In this document: positions 27,493-36,959 of the stretch, in pieces
Layout: every line of letters starts with the position of its first letter
How positions within the stretch are numbered: position 1 is the stretch's first letter
NCBI GenBank assembly: GCA_963790185.1
Contig: CAWBNR010000011.1
Span: 93,432-157,431, forward strand
Length of the DNA stretch: 64,000 nt
Direction: 5' to 3'
From: an uncultured Thermoleophilia bacterium
Lineage (GTDB): Bacteria; Actinomycetota; Thermoleophilia; UBA2241
Notes under the pieces: generated by a model
Seen by the model: only the letters and a program-made list of their open reading frames with translations
What the model was told of the DNA's origin: nothing
Database searches by the model: none
Made by a program: the position numbers and the translations under genes

Positions 27493-30400
27493 TCACTTGC
27501 GGCCCCGCCCCTCGCTCTGCTCCGGCGCCAGCACGGCCGACGCGCCGGTGCGGGCGGTCGCCGTGACGCGCACGCGACGGCGTTCGCCGAGATAGGGCCG
27601 GCCGCCCTCCACGATCACCATGTAGCCCTCCAGGTAGCCGACTGCGTCCCGTGGGCTGTAGGTGAGAGCGAACTCGAGCTCGAGCTCGACCTCCTGCCCC
27701 TCGGTCACCGGGATCCGCAGAGCCTGCGCCTGGGCCAGCGAACCCTCGGCCAGGATCCGGATGCTGTCCAATGGCACCGTCGACGAACTCTCGAGCAGGA
27801 CACGGCGCTTCGTCTCACGCTCCAGCTGTTTCAGGCGCCCGTTGGCCTCGAGCCGCTCGGCGACGCCGCGATTCACTTCGAGAAGCACCGCCTTCGCGCC
27901 GGACTTGCGCGCGTGCGTCTGGACACGGCGCTCGACGGCGAGCGCCACGGTCTCCTCCGAGAGCACACGCGCCTTGCCGAGGCAGGTGTGGCAGGTGCGC
28001 GTCAGGATCCCCCTGGCGCCGTCGGTCGTGTTCTGACGCGTCATCTCGACGAGCCCGAGCGGCGAAAGCTCCACCACGTAGGTCTTGGTGCGATCGGTCT
28101 CCAGCTCGGCTTCGAGCTTGGCCAGCACGGCTTCGCGGTTGCGTACGTGCGCCATGTCGATGAAATCGATCACGATGATGCCGCCGATGTCGCGCAACCG
28201 GAGCTGACGCACCACCTCCCGAGCCGCCTCCATGTTCGTCCTCAGTATCGTCTCCTCGAGCGAACGGCCCGCGGTGAAACGGCCCGAGTTCACGTCGATC
28301 ACCGTGAGCGCCTCGGTGTAGTCGATCACCAGGTTGCCACCGCTCGGCAGCGGCACGCGACGCTCCAGCGCGCGCGCGATCTGCTCCTCGACGCCGTGAG
28401 CCTCGAAGAGCGGTTGGTCGCCCGTGTAGAGCTCGACGCGAGCGGCGAGGTCGGGGGCGATCTTCTCGAGGTAGGTCTTGATCCCCTTGAAGCGGCGCTC
28501 GTCGTCGACCAGCATGCGCTCGCACGTGTCGTTGAAGAGATCGCGAGCCACCTCGAGGGCGACGTCGACCTCGTCGTACACGAGACCCGGAGCCTTGACC
28601 GTCTCCGCCTTCTTCTTGAGCCGCGACCACAGTCGCGACAAGTACTGGAGGTCGCGGCGCAGATCCTCGAGATCCTTGCCTTCGGCATGCGTTCTGACGA
28701 TCAGGCCGGCATTGCGCGGCCGCAGCTCCTTGGACAGATCCCGCAGGCGCTCGCGTTCGGACTGGCCAAGACGGCGCGATACGCCCGCTCCGCTGCCGCC
28801 GGGCACGTAGACCAGATACCGTCCGGCGAGCGACAGGTGCGTGGTGAGGCGGGCGCCTTTGCTGCCCATCGGGTCCTTCATCACCTGGACGGTGATCTCC
28901 TGTCCGGGGCGCAGCACGTCGGCGATGCGCCGACCACGGCGTCTCCCCTCCTCGGTCTCGACTTCGTCCACGTAGAGGAAGCCGTTCTTCTCGAGCCCGA
29001 AGTCTATGAACGCCGCGTCCATACCGGGGACCACGTTCTCGACCTTCGCACGGTAGATATCGCCGAGGTAGGACTGCTTGCCTGGCCGTTCGAAATAGAT
29101 CTCCGCCAGACGGCCGTCCTCGACGAGAGCGACCCGTATCTCGTTGCGTTGTTCGCTCACCAGGATGACCTTGCGCTCCACCGGCTCGGGTCCGATCACG
29201 CCGGCGACGCTGCGGTCGCTCGGCGGCGTCGCCGCCCGCGGCGCATTCTCGCGCACGATGGCCTTCGGTCGCCCGCGCACGCGGCGTTGCGGCCGCTCGG
29301 ACGGCTTCACGCTCGCCACCGCGGCATCCGCGGCGGCTTCGCCCTCTGCACCACGGGGGACCTTGACGTGCGGGACCTCGAGCCCCGCTGCCTCCGCGCC
29401 CACGATGCCTTCGGCTGCCGCCGAAGCCTTGCGACCGCCGCGGCGGCCTCTCTTGCGCGGCGTCTTCGCCGGCGCCTGCTCGTCGACGGGCGGACCTTCG
29501 CCCGCCTCCGCCCCGGCTCCGCTCGCGGGCGCACGCCCTGCGGCGGTGGGAGCGAGCGGCGGCGGTGCGCCCTCGGCGAGCTCGGCCTCGGGCAGCAACG
29601 CGCCGTGCTCCGGGGCCACCTCGGCCGCCGCGCGGTCGAGCGCCTCGTGCTCGGCCGCCGCCAGGCGCGCCTTGCGGGCGCGCGAACGGCGACCCCCTCG
29701 CGAACCGCGACGGCGTCGCGGCTCCGCGGCGGCGTCGCCAGACTCCTCCGCGCCCGTCTCCGCGCCGCCCGATCCCGCGCCGACCTCAGCTGCAGGCGTG
29801 TCAGCCTCGACGGTCTCGCCGGTCTTGCGGGCCCTGGAGCCCCCGGCACGCTCGTCGGCCGCTGGCGGCCGCACAGGCCCGGGGCTCGCTTCACCCTCAG
29901 TCGCCACGATCTCGGTGGCGACCCCTACCTCGGCCTCCGCACTCTTCTTGCGGCGTCCGCCTCGACGGCGCCGTGACGGCTTCTTCTCGGTCTCATCGGC
30001 GGCGCCGGGCGTGGCCGCGCTCGCTTCGACGACGGACGAGCTCTCGCTGACCTCGGCGACCTCGGCCGCCCCGAGAGCGCTCTCGGCCGCTGGCGAGGCG
30101 GCGCTCTTGCGACGGCGGCGTCTCGGCCGCGGAGCGGCCGCGGGTTCGCCGTCGGTCACGGGCACCGCAGGGCGTGTGCCGGCCGCGTCCGCCGCGGGCT
30201 TGGCGGTGTCTGACTCCGCCACCGGCGACGCCGGGCGGATCGACCTCGCGCGGGCCCATGCGGCCGCCGTCTTCTGCTCCCCCCCGACAGCGACCGTCGA
30301 CCCCGGGGCCTCCCCCGGGGCTCGCTCGTCAGCGCTCGCCGCCGGCTTCGCCTCGGTCGCCGGTCCCGGACTCGTCTCAGCCTTCTTGCGCGAACGGCCC

Positions 30401-30567
30401 CTGCCGCCACGCCTTGTCCTGCGCTTGCCCGTCGGGGTCGGCTCTTCGGCCTGACTTTCGTGGCCGCTGTCCGACCCGGACTTTGACTCCTGCGCCGTCT
30501 CGCCCGCGCCCTCGCTGGGGCCGCGCGGCTGCCCCTCAGGGGCTTCGGCGTCCTTGTCTCGTGTCAC
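27493..30567 (-). CDS. rne: ribonuclease E/G family endoribonuclease with a long disordered N-terminal region
   Basis: ORF 27493..30567(-), 1024 aa. The N-terminal roughly 440 aa are R/E/A/P-rich. Next comes the S1 domain (IYRAKVENVVPGMDAAFIDFG) and the catalytic core (VIDFIDM). Confidence 0.9.
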   Translation of the reverse strand: MTRDKDAEAPEGQPRGPSEGAGETAQESKSGSDSGHESQAEEPTPTGKRRTRRGGRGRSRKKAETSPGPATEAKPAASADERAPGEAPGSTVAVGGEQKTAAAWARARSIRPASPVAESDTAKPAADAAGTRPAVPVTDGEPAAAPRPRRRRRKSAASPAAESALGAAEVAEVSESSSVVEASAATPGAADETEKKPSRRRRGGRRKKSAEAEVGVATEIVATEGEASPGPVRPPAADERAGGSRARKTGETVEADTPAAEVGAGSGGAETGAEESGDAAAEPRRRRGSRGGRRSRARKARLAAAEHEALDRAAAEVAPEHGALLPEAELAEGAPPPLAPTAAGRAPASGAGAEAGEGPPVDEQAPAKTPRKRGRRGGRKASAAAEGIVGAEAAGLEVPHVKVPRGAEGEAAADAAVASVKPSERPQRRVRGRPKAIVRENAPRAATPPSDRSVAGVIGPEPVERKVILVSEQRNEIRVALVEDGRLAEIYFERPGKQSYLGDIYRAKVENVVPGMDAAFIDFGLEKNGFLYVDEVETEEGRRRGRRIADVLRPGQEITVQVMKDPMGSKGARLTTHLSLAGRYLVYVPGGSGAGVSRRLGQSERERLRDLSKELRPRNAGLIVRTHAEGKDLEDLRRDLQYLSRLWSRLKKKAETVKAPGLVYDEVDVALEVARDLFNDTCERMLVDDERRFKGIKTYLEKIAPDLAARVELYTGDQPLFEAHGVEEQIARALERRVPLPSGGNLVIDYTEALTVIDVNSGRFTAGRSLEETILRTNMEAAREVVRQLRLRDIGGIIVIDFIDMAHVRNREAVLAKLEAELETDRTKTYVVELSPLGLVEMTRQNTTDGARGILTRTCHTCLGKARVLSEETVALAVERRVQTHARKSGAKAVLLEVNRGVAERLEANGRLKQLERETKRRVLLESSSTVPLDSIRILAEGSLAQAQALRIPVTEGQEVELELEFALTYSPRDAVGYLEGYMVIVEGGRPYLGERRRVRVTATARTGASAVLAPEQSEGRGRK

Positions 30568-31250
30568 GTCCTCGAACTCCTTCTCGCGGGCGCGCCCTGC
30601 AGGCGCGCCTCTTCGGCGAACTCGACCTCGAGCCGGCGCAAGCGATGCAACACGGGCTCGATACCGGCCTTGTCCGCGATGACCTTGATGATCTCCTGCG
30701 GCCGCGCAGCCGTCCCGACGTCGTAGCGCACCTCGAACTCGAGGCGCGCGCCGTCGGTGAGCGCACGGCAGCTCAGGTCGCCCACGCTCTCGCGCAGGTC
30801 GACGGTCTTCGTTCCTTTCGGGCCGCGACGCACGACGCGCGGCGGCTCTCCATCCTCGAACGCCGCGACCGCGGCGGCGATAGCCTCCGCGTCGCCGCGC
30901 ACCTCACAAGCGTACCGCCCCCGCAGCGGCTGCGGCCGTTCACGCAGCGGCGACTCCCTCAGCGCTACCATCTCGATACCCCCGGGCGCCGCCGCCTTGA
31001 GCGCGACCAGACCGCTCCTCGCGTCCGGCGCGTCGGCGGAGACGCGCGCCACCGCGAGCTCGGCGTCGGCCGCCGCGCCGACCGGCAGCGGGAGCGGCAA
31101 GGAGAGCCGCGGCTTCGGCCTCATCCCCTCTGAGAGTTCCAGCTCCACGCCCGCACGCGCGAACGTCCGCTGCACGGCGCGCAGCGTGTCGAGGTGCGAG
31201 AGGTAGCGTGCCGGCCCGCGCCGGGCGAAGCTCAGCAGCCACGTCCTCAC
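30564..31250 (-). CDS. radical-SAM-associated protein, DUF2344/TIGR03936-like
   Basis: ORF 30564..31403(-) read from GTG 31250 (GTGA overlap with the upstream stop). FARRGPARYLSHLDTLRAVQRTFARAG. Confidence 0.7.
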   Translation of the reverse strand: MRTWLLSFARRGPARYLSHLDTLRAVQRTFARAGVELELSEGMRPKPRLSLPLPLPVGAAADAELAVARVSADAPDARSGLVALKAAAPGGIEMVALRESPLRERPQPLRGRYACEVRGDAEAIAAAVAAFEDGEPPRVVRRGPKGTKTVDLRESVGDLSCRALTDGARLEFEVRYDVGTAARPQEIIKVIADKAGIEPVLHRLRRLEVEFAEEARLQGAPARRSSRT

Positions 31251-33022
31251 GCGAGCACCTCCATCTCGACGCCGGCGCCGCAGACCCCGCAGGAGACGCA
31301 GGCGCCGTCGCGGCAGTCGGCGGTCACCGCGAGCTCCGCGGCTCGCCGGCGCTCGTCGGCGAGAAACGCCGGCGCCACTCTGCCGTCGACCACGTCGTGC
31401 CAAGGAGTGCCGTCGCCGGCCGGCTCGCCGAGGGCAAGACCGGCCTCAGCCGCGGCGCCCCGCCAGGCGGCCTCGTCGAAGTGTTCCGTCCAGCTGTCGA
31501 AACGGGCGCCGCGACGCCACGCGTCCTCGACGAGCCGGTCCGAGCCGGGACCGCTGCGCGCCAGCGTGGCCTCGACCAGCGAACTCCCGATGTGGTGGAG
31601 AGAGAGCCGCACGTGCCGCGGCATGGCCTTGCGCAGGATCTCCTGACGACGGCGCAGCGTCGACTCGCCGGCGAAGGGCTCGAGCTCGAAGGGCGTGTGC
31701 GGCTTCGGCACGTAGGAGGAGGCCGAGACCGACAGGCGGGCGCGGCCGCGCGCTATCTCCTTCGCCAGGCGCGCGGCCGCCGCCGCCATGGCCGCGATAC
31801 CGAGCACGTCCTCGTCCGTCTCGTCGGGCAGCCCGATCATGAAGTAGAGCTTCAGGCCCGTGAAGCCGCCCGTGAAGACCGCGCGCACGGCCTCGTCGAA
31901 CTGAGCCTCGTCGACCCGCTTGTTGATGCGCTCACGCAGTCTCTGGGTGCCCGCCTCCGGGGCGAGCGTCACGGAGCCCCGCTGCTCGGCGGCGAAGCCC
32001 GCCAGCGAGCTCGCGGCCGAGTCGATGCGCAGCGACGGCAGGGAGACGCGCACGCCCGGCCGCAGCGCGCGGATGCGCCGCACCGCCTCCTCGATGCCCG
32101 AGTAGTCGCAGGAGCTCAACGACACGAGCGAGACCTCGTCGTACCCCGTCGCCGCCAGCGCGCGGCGGGCGGCCTCCACGACCATGTCGACCGGGCGTTC
32201 ACGCACCGGCCGGTACCACATGCCGGCCTGGCAGAAGCGGCAACCCGCCGTGCACCCACGCATGACCTCGATCACCACGCGGTCGTGGACGGCTTCGACG
32301 AGCGGTACCAGCGGCCGCTCGACCGGAGCGGTCGTCGCGAACTCCGTGAAGACCTGACGCTCGACCGGCAAGGACTGCGCGCCACCCGGCAGCCACACCC
32401 CGGGAACGGCGCCGAGGCCGGCGAGGCGCTCGGTCCGCGACGGCGCACCGAGCGCCTCCACGATCGCCGCCATGCGGCCCTCGACCTCGCCGATGAAGAA
32501 CGCGTCGAAGAAGGCGGCCAGCGGCCACGGGTTGGCGACGGCCGGGCCGCCACCCATGACGATCGGGTCGCCGGCGCCCCGCTCCACCGCGCGCAGCGGC
32601 ACGCCGGCAAGGTCGAGCATCTCGAGCACGTTCGTGGCCGCCAGCTCGTGAGGCAGGGTGAACCCCCACAGATCGCACTCGGCGACCGGTGCGGACGATT
32701 CGAGCGACCACAGACGCACACCCCGCTCGCGCATGAGATCGGCCATGTCGGGCATGGGGCAGTACGCGCGCTCGGCCACGGCCGGCGTGCGATCGTTCAC
32801 GAGCTCGTAGAGGATCTGCAGGCCGGGGTTCGAGATGCCGACCTCGTAGGCGTCCGGGTAGGACAGCACGCAGCGCGGGCGGACCCCGGGCTTGCGGCGC
32901 AGGTTGAACTCCCCGCCCACGTAGCGCCCAGGGCGCATGACACGCGCCAGCAGGTCCTCTAGCTCATCTGGTGGCCACTCCTCCTGGGAGGCGCGCCTTG
33001 AGGCGTTCGAGTTGTCGAGCAA
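31247..33022 (-). CDS. B12-binding-domain radical SAM protein, TIGR03960-like
   Basis: ORF 31247..33022(-). RPGRYVGGEFN, and radical SAM cluster motif CTAGCRFC. The exact start is uncertain because it overlaps the upstream gene by 59 nt. Confidence 0.75.
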   Translation of the reverse strand: MLDNSNASRRASQEEWPPDELEDLLARVMRPGRYVGGEFNLRRKPGVRPRCVLSYPDAYEVGISNPGLQILYELVNDRTPAVAERAYCPMPDMADLMRERGVRLWSLESSAPVAECDLWGFTLPHELAATNVLEMLDLAGVPLRAVERGAGDPIVMGGGPAVANPWPLAAFFDAFFIGEVEGRMAAIVEALGAPSRTERLAGLGAVPGVWLPGGAQSLPVERQVFTEFATTAPVERPLVPLVEAVHDRVVIEVMRGCTAGCRFCQAGMWYRPVRERPVDMVVEAARRALAATGYDEVSLVSLSSCDYSGIEEAVRRIRALRPGVRVSLPSLRIDSAASSLAGFAAEQRGSVTLAPEAGTQRLRERINKRVDEAQFDEAVRAVFTGGFTGLKLYFMIGLPDETDEDVLGIAAMAAAAARLAKEIARGRARLSVSASSYVPKPHTPFELEPFAGESTLRRRQEILRKAMPRHVRLSLHHIGSSLVEATLARSGPGSDRLVEDAWRRGARFDSWTEHFDEAAWRGAAAEAGLALGEPAGDGTPWHDVVDGRVAPAFLADERRRAAELAVTADCRDGACVSCGVCGAGVEMEVLA

Positions 33023-33884
33023 GCTTCGTCACCCGTGTCGTGGTGAACGGCGCGCCTGCCTCGAAGTAGGCGATGGCGGCGCGGCCGAGAGCGATCGTCC
33101 CAGAGTAGCCGACGGCGCCCTTGAGCGCCCAGCCGAAGCCCGGGACGTAGGTGAGCGACTGTCGCGCCAGCGTCCGCATGACGAAGGCGGCGCCGACGAC
33201 GGAGAGGATCTCGACGGCTCTCTGGGGCCCGAGGTCCTCGTCGTAGGCGGAGGCGATGCGCAGGATCATGCGGATCTGGTTCGCGGTCATGGCCGGCATG
33301 TCGGCGCCGGGGATGATCATGACGGCTCCGATGACGGCGTTCTGGCGCGCCGCCTCGAGAGTGAGCTCCTGGGCGACGGCGCGGCGCAGGAACGGGAGCC
33401 GCGCGGCGAGAGTCGCCGCACCGTCACCGGCCGCGCCGGCAAGACGCGCGGCCAGCGTCGAGCCCGAGTCTCCCGGGCGCCCCAGAGAGATCGCCACCTC
33501 GGACGACGTCACGCCGTCGCCGAACAGGCGGGCGCCGGCCCCGGGCACCCCCGCCTGCGGCGCGTAGGCGATCACTTTCGCGCCCGCCTCGCGGACCGTG
33601 GCAGCGATGGCCGCCACGGCGGCGGGCGCCACGTCGGGCGTCACCAGGATGACGACGTTCCAGCGCTGCGCCAGCACCGGATCCTTCGGGAAGCCCTCGG
33701 GCGGCAGCACGTCGAAGCCCGTGCTGAGGCCGCCCTTCGTGTCGACGGCGCCCTCAGAGAGAGCGCGGGCGACGTCGGACAGGGCGGCCCCTTCGCCGAC
33801 GAGGCAGAGTCGCGGGCTGGCGCCCGCGCGCTCGCGGACTTCGCGCACGAGCTTGAGGACACGTTTGATGCTAAGGGCGGGCAC
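32964..33884 (-). CDS. hypothetical protein: degenerate GTPase-like N-terminal half plus a DUF697-like C-terminal half
   Basis: ORF 32964..33884(-). The C-terminal IIPGADMPAMTANQIRMILRIASAYD...ALKGAVGYSGTIALG resembles DUF697/YcjF-type domains (recalled from memory). No intact P-loop: LCLVGEGAALSD. Confidence 0.45.
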   Translation of the reverse strand: MPALSIKRVLKLVREVRERAGASPRLCLVGEGAALSDVARALSEGAVDTKGGLSTGFDVLPPEGFPKDPVLAQRWNVVILVTPDVAPAAVAAIAATVREAGAKVIAYAPQAGVPGAGARLFGDGVTSSEVAISLGRPGDSGSTLAARLAGAAGDGAATLAARLPFLRRAVAQELTLEAARQNAVIGAVMIIPGADMPAMTANQIRMILRIASAYDEDLGPQRAVEILSVVGAAFVMRTLARQSLTYVPGFGWALKGAVGYSGTIALGRAAIAYFEAGAPFTTTRVTKLARQLERLKARLPGGVATR

Positions 33885-35013
33885 GTCGCTCCCTGGGATC
33901 GGCCGTCGCCCTCACGTGGATGCTCTGCAGCAGGCCGACCATCATCAGGAAGGTGATCATGGCGGCCCCGCCATAGCTCACGAAAGGCAACGGGATGCCT
34001 GTCACAGGCATGATACCAATAGTCATCCCCATGTTGACGAACATCTGGAAGAGGAGCATCACGGCGATGCCTCCGGCCATGATGCTGCCGTACATGTCAC
34101 GCGACAGCGTGGCGATGCGAAGGGCCCGCCACAGCAGCAGCCCGTAGAGCGCCAGCAGCAGGCAAGCTCCCATGAAGCCGTAGCGCTCACCGATCACGGC
34201 GAAGATGAAGTCGGTGTGGTGTTCGGGCAGGAAGTCGAAGGCCGTCTGCGTCGCCCCGGCGCCGCGGCCGGTCAGCGCGCCTGAGCCGACGGCGATCATG
34301 GACTGCACGATGTTGTAGCCGCTCCCGGAGGGGTCCCGGCCGGGATCGATGAAGACCAGCAGGCGCTCTATCTGGTAGGGCTTGATGAGCTCGAGACCCA
34401 TTCTGGGCAGCACGCCGAGGACCAGGACCAACGCACCGGCGGCGACGCCTCCGAGCACGGCGAAGTGCGTCCAGCGCGTGCCGAAGAAGAAGAGGAGGGC
34501 GAACGTGACGGCGATGTACACGGTCGTCGTGCCGAAGTCGGGCTGAAAGAAGACGAGAGAGGCCGGGAGCGCAGCGTAGAGCAGCGCCTGCCCGGTGATG
34601 CGCCGCGAGCCGAGCAGATCCATCCGGTCCACCAGGAACGCGCCGAGCCCGACGATGAGCAGGAAGAGCCCGAACTGCGACGGCTGGATGTTGAAGAACG
34701 GCAGCTCGATCCAGCGCCGCGAGCCGCGGGTCACGCTGCCGACCATATAGACGGCGGCGATCGACAGGACCATGGCGCCGTACAGAGCCCACTGCCAGCG
34801 ACGGTAACGTTCGTAGTCGATGGCCGCGAGCGCGAGCAGCAGGACGAGACCCACCGCGGCGTAGACGGCCTGCTGCAGCGCGTAGTACCCAGGCTGTCCC
34901 TCGACGTCCTGATGGGTCGCGTAGTACACGCACACGATGCCGTAGGCCACGACGCCGACCGTGACGGCCAGCAGCAGGTAGTCGAGGTGACGGAGATAGC
35001 CGCGCCAGTCCAT
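33871..35013 (-). CDS. rodA: peptidoglycan glycosyltransferase RodA (SEDS family)
   Basis: ORF 33871..35994(-) read from ATG 35013, directly after the mrdA stop. QPSQFGLF, PEHHTDFIFAVIGE, and GIPLPFVSYGG. Confidence 0.9.
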   Translation of the reverse strand: MDWRGYLRHLDYLLLAVTVGVVAYGIVCVYYATHQDVEGQPGYYALQQAVYAAVGLVLLLALAAIDYERYRRWQWALYGAMVLSIAAVYMVGSVTRGSRRWIELPFFNIQPSQFGLFLLIVGLGAFLVDRMDLLGSRRITGQALLYAALPASLVFFQPDFGTTTVYIAVTFALLFFFGTRWTHFAVLGGVAAGALVLVLGVLPRMGLELIKPYQIERLLVFIDPGRDPSGSGYNIVQSMIAVGSGALTGRGAGATQTAFDFLPEHHTDFIFAVIGERYGFMGACLLLALYGLLLWRALRIATLSRDMYGSIMAGGIAVMLLFQMFVNMGMTIGIMPVTGIPLPFVSYGGAAMITFLMMVGLLQSIHVRATADPRERRARP

Positions 35014-35015
35014 CG

Positions 35016-36959
35016 TCAATCGGTCCCGCTGGCGCCCGTCGACAAGCCCGTGTCGAGGTCGAAGAGCGCATCGTAGATCATGCGCGCGGCCGGCGCGGCC
35101 ACGGCGCCGCCGTGGCCGCCCTGCTCGATCATGACCACCACCGCGTATCTGGGCTTGTCGTAGGGCGCGTAGCTTGCATACCAGGCGTAGTCGCCCTTGC
35201 CGTAGACCTCGGCGGTCCCCGTCTTGCCGGCGACGGCGATCGGGTACGCGCCGAAGATCGGCCCGGACGTGCCGACCGTCGCCGCCAGGCGCAGGCCACG
35301 GCGCACCTGGTCGAGCGTCCCCGACGAGACATCGAGCTCGCGCCGCGGCTCGACCGTGAACTTGCGCGTGACCTTTCCCTGTGGGGAGAGGCTCTTCAGC
35401 GCCAGGTGCGGCTGCACGATGGTGCCGCCGTTGGCGATGGCCGCGTAGACGACGGCCATCTGCAGTGGCGTCACCTGCAGGTCCCCCTGGCCGATGGCCA
35501 TGAGGATCGAGTTGCCCGGCTTCCAGATCTTGTCGATCTCCGTCTCGAAGTACTCGCGGCGCCACTCGGGGGTCGGTACGAGCCCGTCCACCTCCCCCGG
35601 GATGTCGAGCCCCGTCGCGCGCCCGAGTCCGAGGCGCACCGACCACTCGGCGAGCTCGGAGCCGGGGCGCTTGTAGAACGCGTAGCCGACGTTGTAGAAG
35701 AAGACGTCGCACGATTCGGAGAGCGCCTCCACCACGTTGTCGTGGCCGTGGCCTCCGTCGAGCCAGCAGGACCAGTGCTCCTTGCCGATCTCGCCCGTGG
35801 ACGGGAAGCGCCCGTTGCAGTAGAAGCGCGTGTAGGGGCTGATGACGCCCTCCTCGAGACCCGCGACGGCGTCGACGACCTTGTACACGGAACCCGCCGC
35901 GTACTGCCCCTGGGATGCCTTGTTCACGACCGGTTGGTTGGCCGACGGCTTGCTCAGCCGCGCCCAGTCCTTCTCGGACAGACCACCGACCCACAGATCC
36001 GGATCGAACGACGGGTAGCTCGCCATGGCCAGCACCTCGCCGTTGCGCACGTCGAGCACCACGGCGGCGGCGCCGTTCGCCGCCCAGTCGTGGTTCTCGT
36101 GGGCCAGGGTGATGCCGTAGCGCAGCGCCTCTTCGGCGCGTTTCTGGACCTCGGCGTCGAGGGTGAGGACCAGGGTGTCGCCTGGTGTGGGCAGGCGGCC
36201 GCCGACGGGATCGCGTCGCTTCGGGCGGCCGAAGGCGTCGACCTCGAGCTTCGCGACCCCGTCCCTCCCGCGCAGCCAGTGGTCATAGGTGGATTCGACT
36301 CCGCCCTGGCCGATGACGTCGCCCGCCGAATAGCCTTTGTAGGCTCGCTGCTTGAGCTGCTCGGCGCTGATCTCGCCGAGGTTGCCCAGCAGATGCGCCG
36401 CGAGCTCGCCGCGCGGGTAGCTGCGCAGGTAGTTGCGCTGCACTTCGACGCCGGGAAAGAGGTCCTTGCGCTCGAGTATGTGACCCACGACCTTGCGGGA
36501 CACGTCCTCCTTCACGACCACGAGGTCATATGGATAGCCGCCATACTCATCGAGCTCCCGCCGCAGCTTCTTCGGCGCCATCTTGAGGACCTTGGCGAGC
36601 CGCCCCGTCATCGCCTCGAACTCCTCCTCGGGCACGTCCATGGGCCGGATCCCCACGGCCAGACCGGGGCGGTTCTCGACGATGACCTTGCCGTCACGGT
36701 CGACGATGGTGCCGCGCGGGGCGACGATCTTGACGGCGCGCAGCCGGTTGTCGTTGGCCTCGGCCACGAAATGACCGGCGCTCAGGATCTGCAGGAACCA
36801 GAGCCTGAAGAGGATGACGCCGACGAGGACGACGGCCACACCGATCAGGATCGCGACGCGCAACGCGATCGACGGCGTCACCATGATGGGCTGGTCCGGA
36901 CGGCCGGTGCGGATGGGCCGTTCGCGACGGACCGGTTGTCTAGGCCGTCTCGTGCGCAC
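35016..36959 (-). CDS. mrdA: penicillin-binding protein 2 (elongasome transpeptidase)
   Basis: ORF 35016..36959(-). N-terminal TM segment, SxxK motif (AAGSVYKV) and KTGTA. Confidence 0.9.
   Translation of the reverse strand: MRTRRPRQPVRRERPIRTGRPDQPIMVTPSIALRVAILIGVAVVLVGVILFRLWFLQILSAGHFVAEANDNRLRAVKIVAPRGTIVDRDGKVIVENRPGLAVGIRPMDVPEEEFEAMTGRLAKVLKMAPKKLRRELDEYGGYPYDLVVVKEDVSRKVVGHILERKDLFPGVEVQRNYLRSYPRGELAAHLLGNLGEISAEQLKQRAYKGYSAGDVIGQGGVESTYDHWLRGRDGVAKLEVDAFGRPKRRDPVGGRLPTPGDTLVLTLDAEVQKRAEEALRYGITLAHENHDWAANGAAAVVLDVRNGEVLAMASYPSFDPDLWVGGLSEKDWARLSKPSANQPVVNKASQGQYAAGSVYKVVDAVAGLEEGVISPYTRFYCNGRFPSTGEIGKEHWSCWLDGGHGHDNVVEALSESCDVFFYNVGYAFYKRPGSELAEWSVRLGLGRATGLDIPGEVDGLVPTPEWRREYFETEIDKIWKPGNSILMAIGQGDLQVTPLQMAVVYAAIANGGTIVQPHLALKSLSPQGKVTRKFTVEPRRELDVSSGTLDQVRRGLRLAATVGTSGPIFGAYPIAVAGKTGTAEVYGKGDYAWYASYAPYDKPRYAVVVMIEQGGHGGAVAAPAARMIYDALFDLDTGLSTGASGTD

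Noticed and set aside
27493-30567. Repetitive-looking GC-rich DNA in the 5' third of rne (about 29.1-30.5 kb), considered as a possible tandem repeat or CRISPR-like array.
   Set aside because: I saw no regular repeat-spacer periodicity. The region is an open frame encoding the low-complexity R/E/A/P domain of RNase E.
1163-35994. Over-long minus-strand ORFs with extended N-termini: 1163..2575, 3397..5766, 4515..6377, 23565..24668, 24176..26530 and 33871..35994.
   Set aside because: Only the C-terminal parts are homologous to known proteins. The N-terminal extensions are Arg/Pro-rich out-of-frame read-through over the upstream gene. In each case an ATG or GTG, often with an SD, sits immediately after or overlapping the upstream stop.
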